Shown here in pieces: positions 1 through 16,265 of a stretch of 64,000 bases of DNA; within the stretch, counting starts at the first letter, position 1, and every line of letters starts with the position of its first letter. The notes below the pieces were generated by a model. It searched no databases. It saw only the letters and a list, made by a program, of their open reading frames with translations, and had not been told where the DNA came from. A program made the position numbers and the translations under genes. Origin of the DNA: the human T2T-CHM13v2.0 reference genome, Homo sapiens; assembly GCF_009914755.1 (NCBI RefSeq), contig NC_060927.1; one strand, written 5' to 3'.

Positions 1-910
1 GTGAGAAAATGGATATGGATGGCAAGCCCTTAGAAGAATGCCTTGAACACGCCGATTCCATAGTGACAAAACAACAGCAAGGGAGTTAGAATAAAGACCC
101 AAAGTCTGTTATCTTTGTCTCCATTGGTCTGAAGGTGTTGACTCTGTAAACCTCTAACAAGAATATTTTAAACTCAAGTCACTGACATCTTTGTGCTGTT
201 AGTTGCCAGTCCCTGGGTTGTCAGTCTCTGGCTCGTGTTGGGTTGCTCCACCTGCCCTTGGCTTTGGGCCCTTTCTCCCTAAAGGGGCATGTTTGGAGCT
301 GAGCCAGAGTCCATATACTCACAGTGGGCACCACGGCTCACAGCTGCTGCCAGTGTGTTGCCCGGAACACACTCTCCTTGAGAGAGCTTCTCCAAGTTGT
401 CATCCCAGTAGTGGTTGGAGTAGAAGATATCCCTTTTTCCAGCATTAGGCTACATTTCTGACAATTCGAAAAACCCATTTCCGCACAGCCCTGGTGCCAG
501 CCCAGCCAGAATTTATCAACTCCAATCCCTTATCCATTCCTGCAATACTTCTATCTTTCACCCCAGGCTGTAAAAATCCAGGCCTATCCATATTTAAAGG
601 TCTAGTCAGAACATTTCTTGCTTCACAGCTAATCAGAAATTCTCTCTTTTATTGAAACCTCTCATCACACTTTAAAAAGAATAAATCTAAGCTCTCTGTC
701 ATGACCTGAAAGTCTTTTTCTGCCTCTCTGATTCTATTTCCTTCTTCATTTGTGTTCTTCAGTCACACAAATCCTTTGTATGTTCTTTGGACTTTCCAAG
801 TTCATTATCTAGTGTAGCATTTGCTGTTTACCATGCTTGGAAAACTTGCTTCCAAAATCATCGCTTGGTTGGGTGTATTTTTTTCAGTTTTGAATCCTTT
901 CCCCTCCATC

Positions 911-911
<1 letters not shown>

Positions 912-954
<43 letters not shown>
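912..954. repeat. (AAC)n microsatellite, about 14 units
   Basis: Direct reading. Confidence 0.97.
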
Positions 955-981
955 GCGCAACTCACTTTCCAGTCAATCTTG

Positions 982-1068
982 AGTGGGGTTCTTGACTAGG
1001 GGTGCTGCCTCCACCCTCAACTGGGGGACATTAGGCAATCTCTGGAGACATTCTTAATTTTCACAACT
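982..1068 (+). mobile_element. MER20 (hAT) 5' fragment
   Basis: gggggacattaggcaatctctggagacatt...cacaact resembles the MER20 consensus. Confidence 0.65.
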
Positions 1069-1437
1069 TCTTTTCAACATAGTACTAGAAGCACTATCAG
1101 GAGCAATTAGACAAGAAAAATAAATGAAGGATATCTAAATTGGAAAAGAAAAAGTAAAATTGTCTCTATTTGCAGATGACATGATCCTATATATAGAAAA
1201 CCCCAAAGACTCCACCAAAAAACTTCTGTATCTAATAAATGAATTCATTAAAGTTGTGAAACATAAAATCAACATACAAAAAAATCCATGACATTTCTAT
1301 TTGCAAATATCAACCTACCTGAAAAAGAAATCAAGAAACACTCCCATCACTCCCATTTATGATAGTATCAAAAAGACTTCAAAATAAATTTAACTGAGAT
1401 GAAAGACCTATAAACTGGATACTATAAAACATTGATG
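1067..1437 (+). mobile_element. L1 ORF2 fragment (reverse-transcriptase region), degenerate
   Basis: ctatttgcagatgacatgatcctatat encodes LFADDMILY, the L1 RT catalytic motif; stops and frameshifts surround it. Confidence 0.9.
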
Positions 1438-2010
1438 TTGTTTTAAATCAACAATATATACTCTCTGCTTTACCTTGACTAATAAAGATAAAGCTTTTTA
1501 AAAAGCTTTTAAAAAACTAGTGAATTCAGATTTTTCTCTCATGAACCTATGCCTGACTTTACTCTCACCAAGAATGAATGCTAACTACAATTTACTTCTT
1601 TAGCTGTATGCTTTTCCAAAATTCTTTAAACACTTTCTAGCATATTCTAACATAAAATCATATATTCTTACTTGGAAGAACACTTTGTATTTGTGATAAA
1701 CCAGTCTAGAATAAATGAATTGTTATTAATCCAACTAATGACAGTAACTAATTAATTCACCTGTTTCTTCTAACAATTTCCTGATAAAATGTTTTCTTAT
1801 CTATCTGTTTTTTAACACAAATGTTGATATAATGATTTACTATGATAATATAGTTAACACAACTTTTTCCTTGTATATATTTTTTTATACCTCCTGGAAA
1901 TATAAACCTATGTTCTTCATGCTTATCTCCTTTATCTCTTGACAATTTTTTAGAACCAAAGATCTGATTTTGGTGACTAAGTGAAATAAAAAGAAACCAT
2001 TAAGCAAATT

Positions 2011-2331
<321 letters not shown>

Positions 2332-3029
2332 AAATTTAATATTATGTAACTGTTGGTGATTCTACTTTTAATCATTTTATAATTTACTTATTTAGGCAAA
2401 GTCCTATTTTTTAGAAATCTTTTCCTATAGAAATGTTTTTAATATAGATTTTAGTTCAAAAAGAGCAACAATGCTGACAATATAATCATCATCAACATTA
2501 ACTCAATAGCAATTATAGTTACCATTCCTTATGTCACATCCTTCTCTACAAATTCAATGAAAATATTTTATTTAATCCTCAAAACAACAGTGGAGAGAAG
2601 ACAGGACAATTTGGAGAAAATGAGATATATGAATTTTAAGTGACTTATGCAAACTAAGGCTTGATCCTAGGCCTTCTGTCTCTGCCAAGTATTCCTTTCC
2701 TCCCTTGTGCAATCCCAACGCTTGTGGAACCCAAACTTATCACCTGTAACAAGCATTACTTTCTATACAAACTGGAGATACCTCATTGAAACAATTCTTG
2801 AGTCTCAAAAGAGAAGTAAATCTATGATTTTCATGGATTAACCTATTGTTGTATCTTAGGCATTAGTCACAGTTTTGCTATACCTAGATTTTTGCTATCC
2901 AACATGGTAGTCACTAATTACATGTGGCTGTTGAGCATTTGAAATGTGAGTAGTCTGAATTGAGATGTGGTGTAAGTATCAAATACATACTGGATTTCAA
3001 AAACTTAGTATAAGAAGAAGAATGTACTA

Positions 3030-4437
<1,408 letters not shown>

Positions 4438-5274
4438 AAGCAATTAATTTTTAAAAAGGAATGTAAAATATCTCATTAATAATTTTTAATATTCATTATA
4501 CATGGAAATGAAAATATTTTGGATGTAATGTGTTTAACATACCATTATAACTAATTTTATCTGTTTTTAAACATTCTTATAATATGGGTTACTAGAGAAT
4601 ATGGAATAATATACATGGTTCACATGCATGCCTCACATTCTGTTTTTATTGGACAGCTCTGCCCTAGAGTTTTTAATCTTTCTTGGGCATAGTTCCTGAT
4701 TTTACTCTTTATTTAATATGTTTTCCCTTTCAAAATGATTGAAACTTTTCTGCCAGTACTTAAGCCTCATTATCACATAATCATCTGTTTATTTCCTATA
4801 TTTGGCACTTGACACTTTAATCTAGACCCTGTTATGCTAAACACATAACTTAAAAAAATTTATAAGACCTTTTTAGATATTCAAAATTACTTTCAAGTTA
4901 GAATTTCAAGTGTATTCTTAAGAAAAAGAAAAGGACAAAGTATAAAGGCAGAGGGAGAGGGCATAGCACAAGTCAATTTTATCCTGCAGGGAGAGCACTT
5001 AAAGTAAAATTTTATCGAATAATTACACTGGGAAATTCTGCTTGAGTTTCCCCATGTACTGTGTGCCTATGTGTGTGTATTAGAGTCTTTCAAGGATCAG
5101 ATGAGTTAATAAGCATAAAACACACAGAACAGTGTTTGCCATCGAATAAACAACAAATACTAGCTTTTATTTTATTATAAAATTTGATTGGAGATACCTC
5201 ACAGATCAATATATTTCCAAATGATCTATGGCCACAATAGAACTTAATAGCTAATATGGGAGTGATTATTAATA

Positions 5275-5442
5275 AAAGATAGTTGTAACATAGAAATAAT
5301 AAATATTTGAATTGATGCTTGCCCTAAATCTTCTGATGCTTTCCCTAAATCCTCTGAGTTGAACATTGCACATATGCATGTAACAAATTATCACATGGAC
5401 CCCATAAATAGGTATAAATATGTATCACTAAAAAATAAAATA
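5275..5442 (+). mobile_element. L1M 3'-end fragment
   Basis: catgtaacaaattatcacatggaccccataaata...aaaaataaaa. Confidence 0.65.
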
Positions 5443-5449
5443 ATATTCT

Positions 5450-5670
5450 CTCCATCCCATCAGTCACTCTCCTCTACCTGCCTTATCCAACATCACAGCC
5501 CTTTCCCCCACCTGACATGTTTCTATACATTTGTTTGTCATTGGTCTGCCCACCAGAATGTAAGCTGCCTGAGGGCAGGATCTTTGTTTTCCTTCTTGTT
5601 GAATCCTCTGAGCCTAGAATAACACCTGACAGAGTAGGTAGTCCCATAGGGGTCTGTTAAATAAACTGTG
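5450..5670. mobile_element. L2 3'-end fragment
   Basis: gaatgtaagctgcctgagggcagg...gcctagaataacacctgacagagtagg. Confidence 0.7.
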
Positions 5671-5959
5671 GACAAATAAAAAAAATGTTTAAAGAGAGTT
5701 GTAGAAACATATTTCAATGCAATTCTCTCTTTCTGTATCCTTTCACCTAACTATCCCTTCAATTTTACAACTATGCACTTTATATTTCTATTGTTCTTAG
5801 TATTGCAAAATTGTACCACTGAAGGGGAAATAATACAGTATTATCTAGTCAAACTTCCTTACTTAACAGATGAAAAAGATGCCACCCAAAGAAGTTAAGT
5901 AACAGGTCTTGTTCTAAAATAGTTATTTAAGAGATGGAAGAGTGATAGTGGCATTTTAT

Positions 5960-6185
5960 CAAGCAATTGCCATCAGCCAGCACTATATACAAGCTTTGAA
6001 GACAGTATCTCATTTAGTCCCCATAACAAGTGATTAAGAGAAATACTGCTTCTTCTTGCATGACACGAGTGGGAAAATGGAAACTGGAAGGGATTGGGTT
6101 AGTTGTCTAAGGTTGCACATCAGGCAGGCTAAGAGTTGGGGTATAAACTGGAGTTTGATTCCAAAGTTGTGGGCTTCACACTGTG
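5960..6185. mobile_element. MIR fragment
   Basis: atctcatttagtccccataac...ggaaaatggaaact...aaggttgcaca resembles the MIR core. Confidence 0.55.
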
Positions 6186-7061
6186 TTTTTGCTGTTTTTC
6201 TTACTAGTTTTGTTTTGTTTTTAAAGTAAAGTGATACAGTAAGGGAATTACAAAGTAACCGTTCAGCCTCTCTTTTGGTTAGTCTTGGATGAATGTGAAT
6301 TTAAGGCGTCTGTCAGATCTAGACTCTCGTTGGTAGCAAATGCCAAGAAGGAAAGGAGGCAGCCCATTTCATGGTTATAAAGCCCAGAGCAAAGACCCCA
6401 GGGAGGCCCTTGATGTGTTCAGTTTCAGTGGGAATAAACATAAAGGATGAGGAATTAACTGAGTTATGACGGACAAAATATATAGACACTCTTCCTTGAG
6501 GGACATGTCAATTGATTTAAGGAGCAAACAGGGAGAGTATGTGAAATGGACTGTAAAAATGACTCTGTGCTTCTTCTCTGTCTAGAGATATCAGAGATTA
6601 ACTTTTCTCTCACAACAGAATCATCAAGTTATCAAACACATTTAAGAGTCTTTATTCTGACAGAACCAGTATTAATAAATTAAAATAACTTTAAAATTGG
6701 GTAAAAGAAAGTTGAAATTATGTAATTGCTTGTTCATTGAATGAAAAAAATGATTTCTTATTTATTATTAAGCTGTTTTAAAGTTTGTCTTAAGTAATTT
6801 ACCTAAAGTAGTATGAGATCTATGGGGCTTAATGTTTTGAACAGTGAAATTTGATTTGGAAATGATATGAATTCCTTGGATCTTTCTTGCTGGAAAATAA
6901 AACACTCACAAACATATAAATCACCCAACCCTAAACTGAGGGAGATAGAGGTAAAATGGAAGATGAACGAAGTTTATTCAAACCCAAATATTGTTTCTAA
7001 ATTACTGGATAATATAGTTCCAGAAAATTCACATGAAAAAAGGCCACTCCTGGTAAGAATG

Positions 7062-7400
7062 AGTATATTAATTTCCTGTTGTTACTGTAACAAATTACCC
7101 CAAATTTAGTGGTATAAAAAAAGGACTGGTTCTATTACAGTTCTGTATACCAGAAGTCTCACTGGGCTAAAAATCAAGATGCCAACAGGGCTACGTTCCT
7201 CCTGGAGGCTTCAGAGGATAATCTATTTCCTTGAGGTTGCCAGCTTCTGGAGGCTGCCTGCATTCCATGTCTTCTGGCCCCTTCCTCCACCTTAAAGGCC
7301 AGCAGAATAGCATCTTCAAATCTCTCCCTCTAACTTTCACACTCTCTTCTGCCTTCCTTTTCCATTTATCAGAACCTGGAGGCAGTCATCCTTCATCTCA
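7062..7400 (-). mobile_element. MLT1 (MaLR) LTR
   Basis: tgtaacaaattaccccaaatttagtgg...tgggctaaaaatcaagatgcc. Confidence 0.8.
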
Positions 7401-9267
7401 AAGTCACAATCTCTTTGTGCTGTCTTCTCTGTGTTCAACTTTTCCCCATTCTTTTCTTCCCAGGTCCTCTGTCATCAAGTCTTGGTAGTCACAGGTCCTG
7501 CTTTAGACTAGCATTGTTCTCATTTCTATAACTTACCATTTTATTGGACTCAATTATCACCTAAGGGGCATTCTTCAGCAGGAAACACATTTATCTGAGA
7601 TAAAGTAAGTTTTGTCATCTGTCCTCTTGAGACTTTGGTTATTTTACAATCTTGCAACAACGCTGCTAGATCCTTCTTCTGCATGATAGTTGTGTGTCAT
7701 CACTGGTATTGTTCCTTCCAGCCTCTCCATGAAATTTCTATTATTCAGAATTACCTGGCTTAATTCTAGTTCTCCACTTCCATTTTGGCATGTGTATAGA
7801 TGCCCACAATATCTGTGTGCACACAGATACACATCATATCTTGGATGCCTACTGATGCTCACAATATATGGGTATGTGTATATACACATATATACACATA
7901 CGTATATATGCATATAACTATATGTAATTCATGGATGTAAGTATTTAGCAAGAACACACTCACTTAAGAGAAGAATAATATCCAGTACTTGTGCTGTATG
8001 TTCAGAAAGATTTGAAGATGAATTACATGGAACCAGCTATGATGGAATTATGTAGATAGTTTCCTCAAAAGAGGACCATTTTCTGTGTATAAATACTAAA
8101 CTTTGGTCTCTGGGACCCAGACATGTCTCACTGAAAGAAGGTAAATGTTATTACAAAATCATGGGAATGTTTAATCACCAGGAGTCAGCTTGTAGAAGAA
8201 TTGCTGTCTTCCGTTTAAATGAATCATGACTGGTGAGTTAATGGTAGACGCTAGATGTTATTTTACCACATATTTTATCACTTAATATAAACCACATTGT
8301 GAAAGAAATAAGCCTATCAGCATTATATTCAGACCAAATAAATGGTAATCTTTCCCACTGAAGTTTGGTAAATAATTTAATAAATCTTCTACTAGAATCT
8401 CATGAAATTTCAAATAAACCAGTAGACTTTCAGTTTAGCTGTTTAGTACTCATAATGAATCCTTAATGTCTAACAGCATCTACTGTTTACATTTGCCTGA
8501 GGTCTCTAAAACATTATGAGATGAAACGATTTTTTTCTGTTCCTTGGTGTATGGCTGTCATAGAATTAAAGTGTTTCATGAATTTCATATTTGAGTGAAT
8601 GATTTCCGTTCTTCAGCCTCTTGTGGGAAAGAAGAAATAGGTGGCGCTTCATTTAATAGTATACTGTCTTGTCTAGATTGAATTTGTTATGAATTGCATG
8701 GTTCTCAATTGTACTCTCATGCGTCCTTAAAACAAACCACAAATTCTATGGGACTCATATTTTGTTCTTTGCTGAACACTAAGAGTATATAAATGATGAT
8801 TTAAGAGCGATGTAACTGAAGTTGGTATAAGGCTACAAACAGTATGTTAATTTTCCTTAGTAACATAAAAGAAAGCTTGTTTTGAATATCCTTAAAAGTT
8901 TAATAAGAGTTCCTTTCAAGGCACTATAGAAATACAGCTCCACAGAAAAATAAGTATGTATCCATTAGCTTTTGCTAAAATGTACCCACATTTCCAATTA
9001 CAAAATTCTTGTAAAGCCAATAATTTCCTCCTTTTAGAATCACTTAAAACAAGTGGGAAGAATTATATTGTTATTCAAACAGGGAACATTTGTGTATATA
9101 GAATGGATTTCCGTCTAAACTTAGGAGATTGCCAAACTTAAAAATTATTCCATTTGAACGCTTTGGAAAATTTAACAGGAGTCAAAAGAGCACAGAGGAG
9201 GGAGTTAACTGGCTGAGCTCTGTGGATCAATTGATCAATAACCTTTTCTGTGAACTCAGATCACCAG

Positions 9268-9530
9268 GTTCATTCAGCAAATCTCTACTGAGGTCCTATT
9301 AGGGCTAGACTTTGTTCTGGGTACTAAGGATGCAATACTGGCCATGTTAGATAATGTCTCTGACTCAGTGGTATTTACCTTCTTCTGTTGAAGAAACAGA
9401 CAACACTCATAAATAAACACTCATAAATAAATTGACATGTAATATACTGTTAGATGATTACTTTTAAGTGCTACCAGGAAAAATAAAAAAAGGGTAGGGC
9501 TGGAAATGATAGGAGTGTGACTGAATGCCC
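9268..9530. mobile_element. L2 fragment
   Basis: ttcattcagcaaatctctactgag...gttctgggtactaagg. Confidence 0.6.
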
Positions 9531-11499
9531 TGGGTTTAATTTTCCTCACAAGCTTTGTTATTTCAATGAGCATGAGAGTTTAAAGCAGCTTCTAAAAACA
9601 CGTAAGGTACAGAATAATTACATAAATATTAGAGGGAGTTTGGTATAAGGTTAGAAAAAACTATTACGTTCCTGGGTTAAATTTAATCACAGACCTATAG
9701 ACTTTAAAGTCTGGTATAGTTGCTAGAAAGAGGCCGTAGACTTGACCCTAAACCTCCTATAAGCCAAAGCTTATATCACATCCAAGTCCATCGGCATTTA
9801 TGTCTACAATTTCTAGCTGTCTACTTTTCCTTTCTCTTCTATTTTATTCAATACTTTTGTAGTTTTAAGTAACAGAAAAGATTTTTGCGACAGCGTATAT
9901 GTCAGTTTCTCAGTATGATTTTATATCTTAGAAAATTAACTTAGCTACTTAACTAATAGAATGAAATTGAAAACAGTTTCACAAAACCTCTTTAGTTAAG
10001 CCATAACTGAAACTCAAATCACGGAGACATATACCAAGAGCAGAGAAGAAAGTAGTAATAATCTAGGTGGATAAATATTTTAATTGCCAGGTATCAGTTT
10101 TTAACAGTTTGGTTGGCATCATTAAGAAGATTTCATGTAATTTCACCTACCAGGACTCCTTTTACCACACCCACAACATTTACCCACTTAGCCTGCCTAA
10201 ACAAAATTAAATAAATTAGAATAAAAATGCTTGTTGTGACACTATATAACTTTAGCCATTATTTTTCGGCAGTTTCTTTTCCATTCTCTTCTTGTTTCTC
10301 CATTCTCTCTACCTTGGTATTCAAAACCTTTATTGGAAGCTGAGAGAGCAGAGGGTACGGGAGTCATTAGTTACCACGAAAGAGAAGTGAAGTCTCTGCA
10401 TGAGGCACACACATCTTTGGTGTCCAAGTGGTTCTGAAGTCATGAATTGCAAACACCTGCCTCTGTTTTAGAGCCCTGCAATGGTGACACCTAGCAGGAG
10501 AGAAAAATTCTCTTTTAAGAAATAATTCCCTTTAATGTGAATTTCTTTTCAGATACATGTCCACAAACACTTGTTTTTTATGAGTGGATCTTGTGACATA
10601 GAGTAGGTGTGTTTCTTGAAAGTTCAATAGCCATGAGACCTTTCTAACTTGAGTTTTGTTTACCCAGGGAATTTAATTCGATTTTCAGAAAATTTTTTAT
10701 TTGTGACTTGCTGGTGTACTGATCATTGTTTAAGAGAATCATAAAGCCAGTATATGGTGAAAGACTTATGTATGTATGTATAAATTTAATGTAAAATATT
10801 TCTGAAAAGTATAGTGTTATATCCAAATAGTTCTTTAGTTGGCAGCACTAAATGAGATAATTGTATGTGTATTTCTGCTGAGAAAGCAGATTTTTCATTT
10901 GGACCCTCTCTAATCCTGAAAAAGTACACTTATTTTTTTCTTACTACATTGAGATTGTTCTCCTTTTCTGTTGTCATTATATGTTAAATAAAGGAGTTGA
11001 AGAATTGGTGGGGGTGGGGGTGGGGAGAGAATCATAAACCATAATGAAATAAGTATATCCTTAAGGCTACTGGTCCAGGAATATTCTCTAGGGTTGCCCA
11101 CGTATGAAGCAGCTTGTGGCAAATCAATGCCTGAGATTCAAGGTGTCTTCTCTATGACTTTTTGTTTGAGCATGTATTTGGAACATAGTGTTAGTTCTCT
11201 TGGTATAGTAAAGTGTTATGACTTAATCTGTCCAATCATTAGTTTGATTGTCATAAAATGGGGATAAAAATATTGCCTGTGGCATTAAGTGGTGGCAAGA
11301 CCCAATGAAGGATGCACGCAAAACACACGGTACAGTGTTGCTCAACGTCAGCGCCCAACAGTGCTGGCTGTCATGATATGGTGATGATAGCTTTTCTCTC
11401 TCAGTTGAAAAGGCATAGATTTCTCTTTGTACCTAAGTTCTCATGCTTTGAAGAATAGCGTCCTTTCTCAGTGATGACCTTCAATTTTACATACATAAT

Positions 11500-11915
11500 T
11501 TAGCAGATTTTATTTGTGTGTGTATGTGGTCTACCTGGATTACACACCAGCTGCTGATGTGATGGAGGGTTCCTATGATGGTAAGGTCATCCCACATCAA
11601 ATGCCCCCAGTATCTTTCTGCTCTTCTGCCTCAAGACTTCTTCCCAAGCCATGAGTAGTGTTCATATGCAAAGAAGATAATACCCAGGGTGAATCCCAAT
11701 CACTGGAGGATGAGAGTCTATGGATAAATGTCCCAGTCTCTCTGGCTTTTGAAGGGACCATTCTGAAACACGTTCGTTATGGTTTTAGACATTCCCCAGT
11801 GGGAATGAGCCTAGTTGCTTATAGTCATCACCAGTTCAGTGATGCAGCTGTCTTGGCTTTTTCTCCTTCCTTCCTTCCTGCCACCCAGAATTATCTCTCA
11901 AATAAATTACTCTAG
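11500..11915. mobile_element. MLT1-type LTR, degenerate
   Basis: cccagaattatctctcaaataaattact end and internal MaLR-like motifs. Confidence 0.45.
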
Positions 11916-12549
11916 ACTTTCAGATCTTTGTGAAGGAATCCAACTTGATATGAAGAACATAACCTATGTTATCACTCAAATCATCACATATATTCTCTCC
12001 AAAATTGGTGAAAATTCATCCAGACATTTTTCATGTGATGCAGTAACAGTAGACAAGCTGACAGAAGTCTAATTTTATTTATATAGCCCATCCATAAACC
12101 TAAATACTGTCCCTTGAAATTATTTATGGGCCTCTGCATGTCAAATGTATTGTTAGTAAAACAAAAACAAAAAGAAAAAAGGCCACTTAGATATCCTAAG
12201 GGTGCTTACTACTTAATCCTTTTAATCTTTCCATGGAAGAAAAAAAAATCCTATTTATAGTGTCAATTATATCCTCACTTGTCTATTTTTTAGTTTAGGG
12301 CATTGGGACAACTCTTGTGATTCATGACCACTTCTGTTCATCATTTCAATGCAAGTGATCAGAAATAAAGAGTATCTTGATTTAGAGTTTAAAAGGTCAA
12401 ATTGCAGTTGTCTAAGGCCCGTCAGGAAAACCAGTTTGTGTTGTTTTATTAGCATTACAGCATATCCCATGCCTGTCTTTCTGTCTGTCTGTCTTGGTCT
12501 ATTATAAACACTTAACTTTTTTCTTGTAGGGGCATGCATAAGGTTAGTA

Positions 12550-12629
12550 TCAGGTTGCTGCAAAAATTATTGCGGTTTTTGCCATTGAAAGTAATGGCAA
12601 AAACCGCAATAACTTTTGCACCAACCTAA
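12550..12629. mobile_element. MADE1 (Hsmar1-derived 80-bp MITE), full length
   Basis: 37-bp terminal inverted repeats with a 6-nt spacer, flanked by TA duplications (12548-49, 12630-31). Confidence 0.95.
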
Positions 12630-12872
12630 TAGTTATTTTTCAGAAAGAAAACTAATTAAGATGAGGACTCATGTGACCTGATACTCTCCTTATGGACATT
12701 TAGCATGCAACAATAATCCCTGAAGGGATAAATCTTAACCAATATGACTTTAATCATGCAAACTAATAGCTTTCAGGTTGGATTCAGCTAGAAGACATGT
12801 TGATTTGGTCCACATAGTGATAACAAGGTTTCACATTTGAATTGCTTGTAATTTAAAGATCCAGGTGTTTTA

Positions 12873-13166
<294 letters not shown>

Positions 13167-13623
13167 ATCTAGGTGTTTTAAATACCAACAACAACAATGA
13201 GTATTTTGAGCTTCTGAAATGGATTGTGTAACAAACCTGGGTCTCTATTCTTGCATTGCATGCATAGCACAGCGTGGAGCTGAGTACCAGTTGCTTATTA
13301 TTTGGAGGTTGCCACTACCCCCTCCTAGCTTGCACCTTCTTGGTCCTTGGCTTTGTTTTCTTTGCCTTTTACCTGCTTCACTCATTGATGCTACTAGCCT
13401 AGCCTCGAAAGGAATTTGAATTTTAATCTCAGTGTTAATATCCTAGAAGACATGCATTAAAATAACTTTCCTCTTTTAAAGCCAAAATAAATATAGGGCA
13501 AAATAGTACAATTTAAATTAGTTAATTCTTGAATTTACTGAGCCCTTCATGACTTGACCCAAATAAAAGTGAAGGGTCCGAACTCCCTTAGTTTACTGAT
13601 GTGGAAACTGAGAAACAGAGAAG

Positions 13624-13986
13624 TTTTTTTTTTTTTTTTTCTGAAACACAATATTTGTACATTGTTATAGGATATATTTGATATGTCTTTACATGCATAG
13701 ACTGTACAATGATCCAGTCAGGGTATGTAGGGTATTTATCACTTCAAGTATTTATCATTTCTATGTTTTGTGAATGTTTTGAGTATTCTCTTTTAGCTAT
13801 TTTGAAATATACAATACTTCGTTGTTAACTATAGTCACCCTATGCTGCTATCAAACATTAAAAATTACTCCTTCTAACTATATATTTGTAGCTATTAATC
13901 AGCCTCTGTTTTTCACCCCCCACCCATACACCCTTCCCAGCCTCTGGTATCTATCATTCTACTCTCTACCTCCATGAGATCAACTT
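13624..13986 (-). mobile_element. L1MA 3' end inserted in a MIR
   Basis: Poly-T followed by the reverse complement of the L1MA 3'UTR; agagaa(g/a)tt duplicated at both ends; MIR core ggaaactgag on the left, continuing on the right. Confidence 0.85.
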
Positions 13987-15159
13987 AGAGAAATTAAGTT
14001 TTGCTTATAGTCACATCACTAACGATACAGTATGTCTGCTCTGAAGTGGTCTAAGTAAGACTTGGAAGATGCTTCACTTTTTATGTTGAAGTAGAAAGGT
14101 CCTAAGCTATGTCTTCCATGAAGACTTTGGTTATTTAAACAAAATATCCTTTTTTTTGAAAAACTAAGGTATTTGTAAAACCCAAATTATAAAATTTTGA
14201 ATTCCTTTCAAACAGGCAAGACCTAAAACCATGATGTTTTTGAAGGGGTCTGAGTAGATTTTATGAGCGTATTGCCAAGATGATAGATCAATGGGAAGGT
14301 GCGAGTACACACAGAATGAAAGGGAAATGTGGTAATAGAAATCAAATACTTTCGAAAAGCTTGAATGCATTGTTCTCTTCTAAATATCCCTTTTCCTGTC
14401 ATTATTAATCTTGGTATTTTGCTTTATTCTTCATATTTGGGAATTTCTTTTACTGGAAAACTGGGTTTTATATAAAAAGATAATATATATTCTATTTTAG
14501 GACCTTCTTAAAGGTCACCCTGTGAATGATGTGAGAACTTTACCAGAGCATGCACATTAGAGTCCTCATTAGCTACTCAAACAAAAGCTCTTAAAATTCA
14601 CAGGATTCTGAGTTGGTGTGAGGGTGGAATGAAAAGACCCTTTTTTTTCCTTCAAAAGCAAGCCAGGCAATCAACTCCAGGGGATGCCTACAGGGCCCAT
14701 TAAAAATTTCAAGATGTGACATGAGCTTGATTGCTAAATTGGCGACACATGGAGGGGAAGCCAGTGCGCCTCAGAAGCAATATAATGCCTATAAAATAAA
14801 TGTTCTTCTGTAAGCATGCCAAGCTTTTAAGGCACCAGGGAAGTCAAATCTCTTATTTACATATTAGTTTTCTGTGAACAAACCCAATTGCTCCTCTCTG
14901 CTCCCGAAATACTCTGGGTCACAGGCAACGCATACTTGCTCATGTCTACTTTTTAGTAGATCCTTCACATTATGCACTTTTTGTTGCAATAATCTCACAA
15001 CTCGACTGTGCCTCCACTCTTCATCCCTTACAGTCTATTCTCAACCCAAATAGTTTCCTGCTGAAAAGGAAGTCACATTGTGTTGCTCCTCTGCTCTAAC
15101 CCTCAGAAATATTTTAGCCACCTCAGAACAAAGGCCTACGTCCTTAGGATGGCTTATAG

Positions 15160-15353
15160 CAGTGGTTCCCAAAGTGTGGTCCCTGGATCTGCAAGATCAG
15201 TATCCCCTGGGAAGCTGTTAGACATTCATTGTCTCAGGCCCTGCCCCAGATCTGCTGAACCAGAAACACTGAGGGTGAGCTGAGCCCAGAAATCAGTATT
15301 TTAACAAGTCACCTGGGTAATTATGATGCCGAGTTTCAGTTTGAACACTGCTG
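15160..15353. mobile_element. MER5A (hAT)
   Basis: cagtggttcccaaagtgtggtccctgga...tttgaacactgctg. Confidence 0.88.
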
Positions 15354-15817
15354 TGTTAGAAGACCATTGGTATTTGTGTCACATTTACCCTTTCGCTTCA
15401 TTGACTGCTCTTCTTCTCACACTACCCCAGCCACTCTGACCTCTGTGCTTAGTACATGCCTACCTGAGGTACTTAGGATTTTTTATTCCCTCTCCCCCAG
15501 ATAGCTACATGCTCTGAAGTCTCTTGTCCCTGAATAATGATGTCTCTGCTCATACACCTGTTTGTTCATTCATTTATTCAACAAATGTTTGCATATCTAA
15601 ATGTTGGGCTCTAGGCTACAAGCTTGGGTTGTAAGACTAGGTCTCTGAACTTTGGGTATTTGCACTGTAAAAATGGGTTAAATATAAGCGATGACCATTG
15701 CATCACAGCCATTCTTTTGATTTGGCAAGGACTGCTTGAGTTATTTTTATACCTACCCTCACCAACTTCAGGTCTTTTCTCAGATGCCATCCTCACAGAT
15801 GAGGCCTCCTTGCCCAC

Positions 15818-16265
15818 TGTATTAAGCTTCCTAGGGCTGCTGTTACAAGTGCCACCAACCACAGGTCTTAGGAAACAAGAGATATTTCTTCTCCCACAGT
15901 TCTGAAGGCTAGAAAAATCCAGGTGCCAGCAGGGCTGTACTCCCTCTGAGACTCTAGGTAGAATCCTTCCTTTCCTCTTCCTAGCTTCTGGTGATAGCCA
16001 GACATCCTTGGTGTTCCTTGGCTTGTCTCTGTATCCTTCTAGTCTCTGCCTCTGTGGTCGTGGTGCTCTCCCAGTGTGTCTTCACCCTATCTTCTTAGAA
16101 GGACACCAGTCATTTTAGTTTCAGAGCCCACTCTACTCCAGTATAGCCTTATCATAGCTAGCTACATCTTCAACAAATCTGTTTCCAAATATCACATTCT
16201 GAGGCACTGGAAAATAGGATGTCAATAAACGTTTTCTTAATGGGGGCGCACATGTCACCTATAAT
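15818..16265 (-). mobile_element. MLT1A/B-type LTR
   Basis: tgtattaagcttcctagggctgctgttacaa...aaatatcacattctgaggcactgg. Confidence 0.85.

Noticed and set aside
1067-1437. Reverse-transcriptase motif (FADD) suggesting an active retroelement or retron-like system
   Set aside because: It is a short degenerate L1 ORF2 fossil with stops and frameshifts.
14600-14880. Unique-looking segment (also ~18100-18600) that might be a conserved non-coding element
   Set aside because: There is no motif or structure I can support without an alignment.
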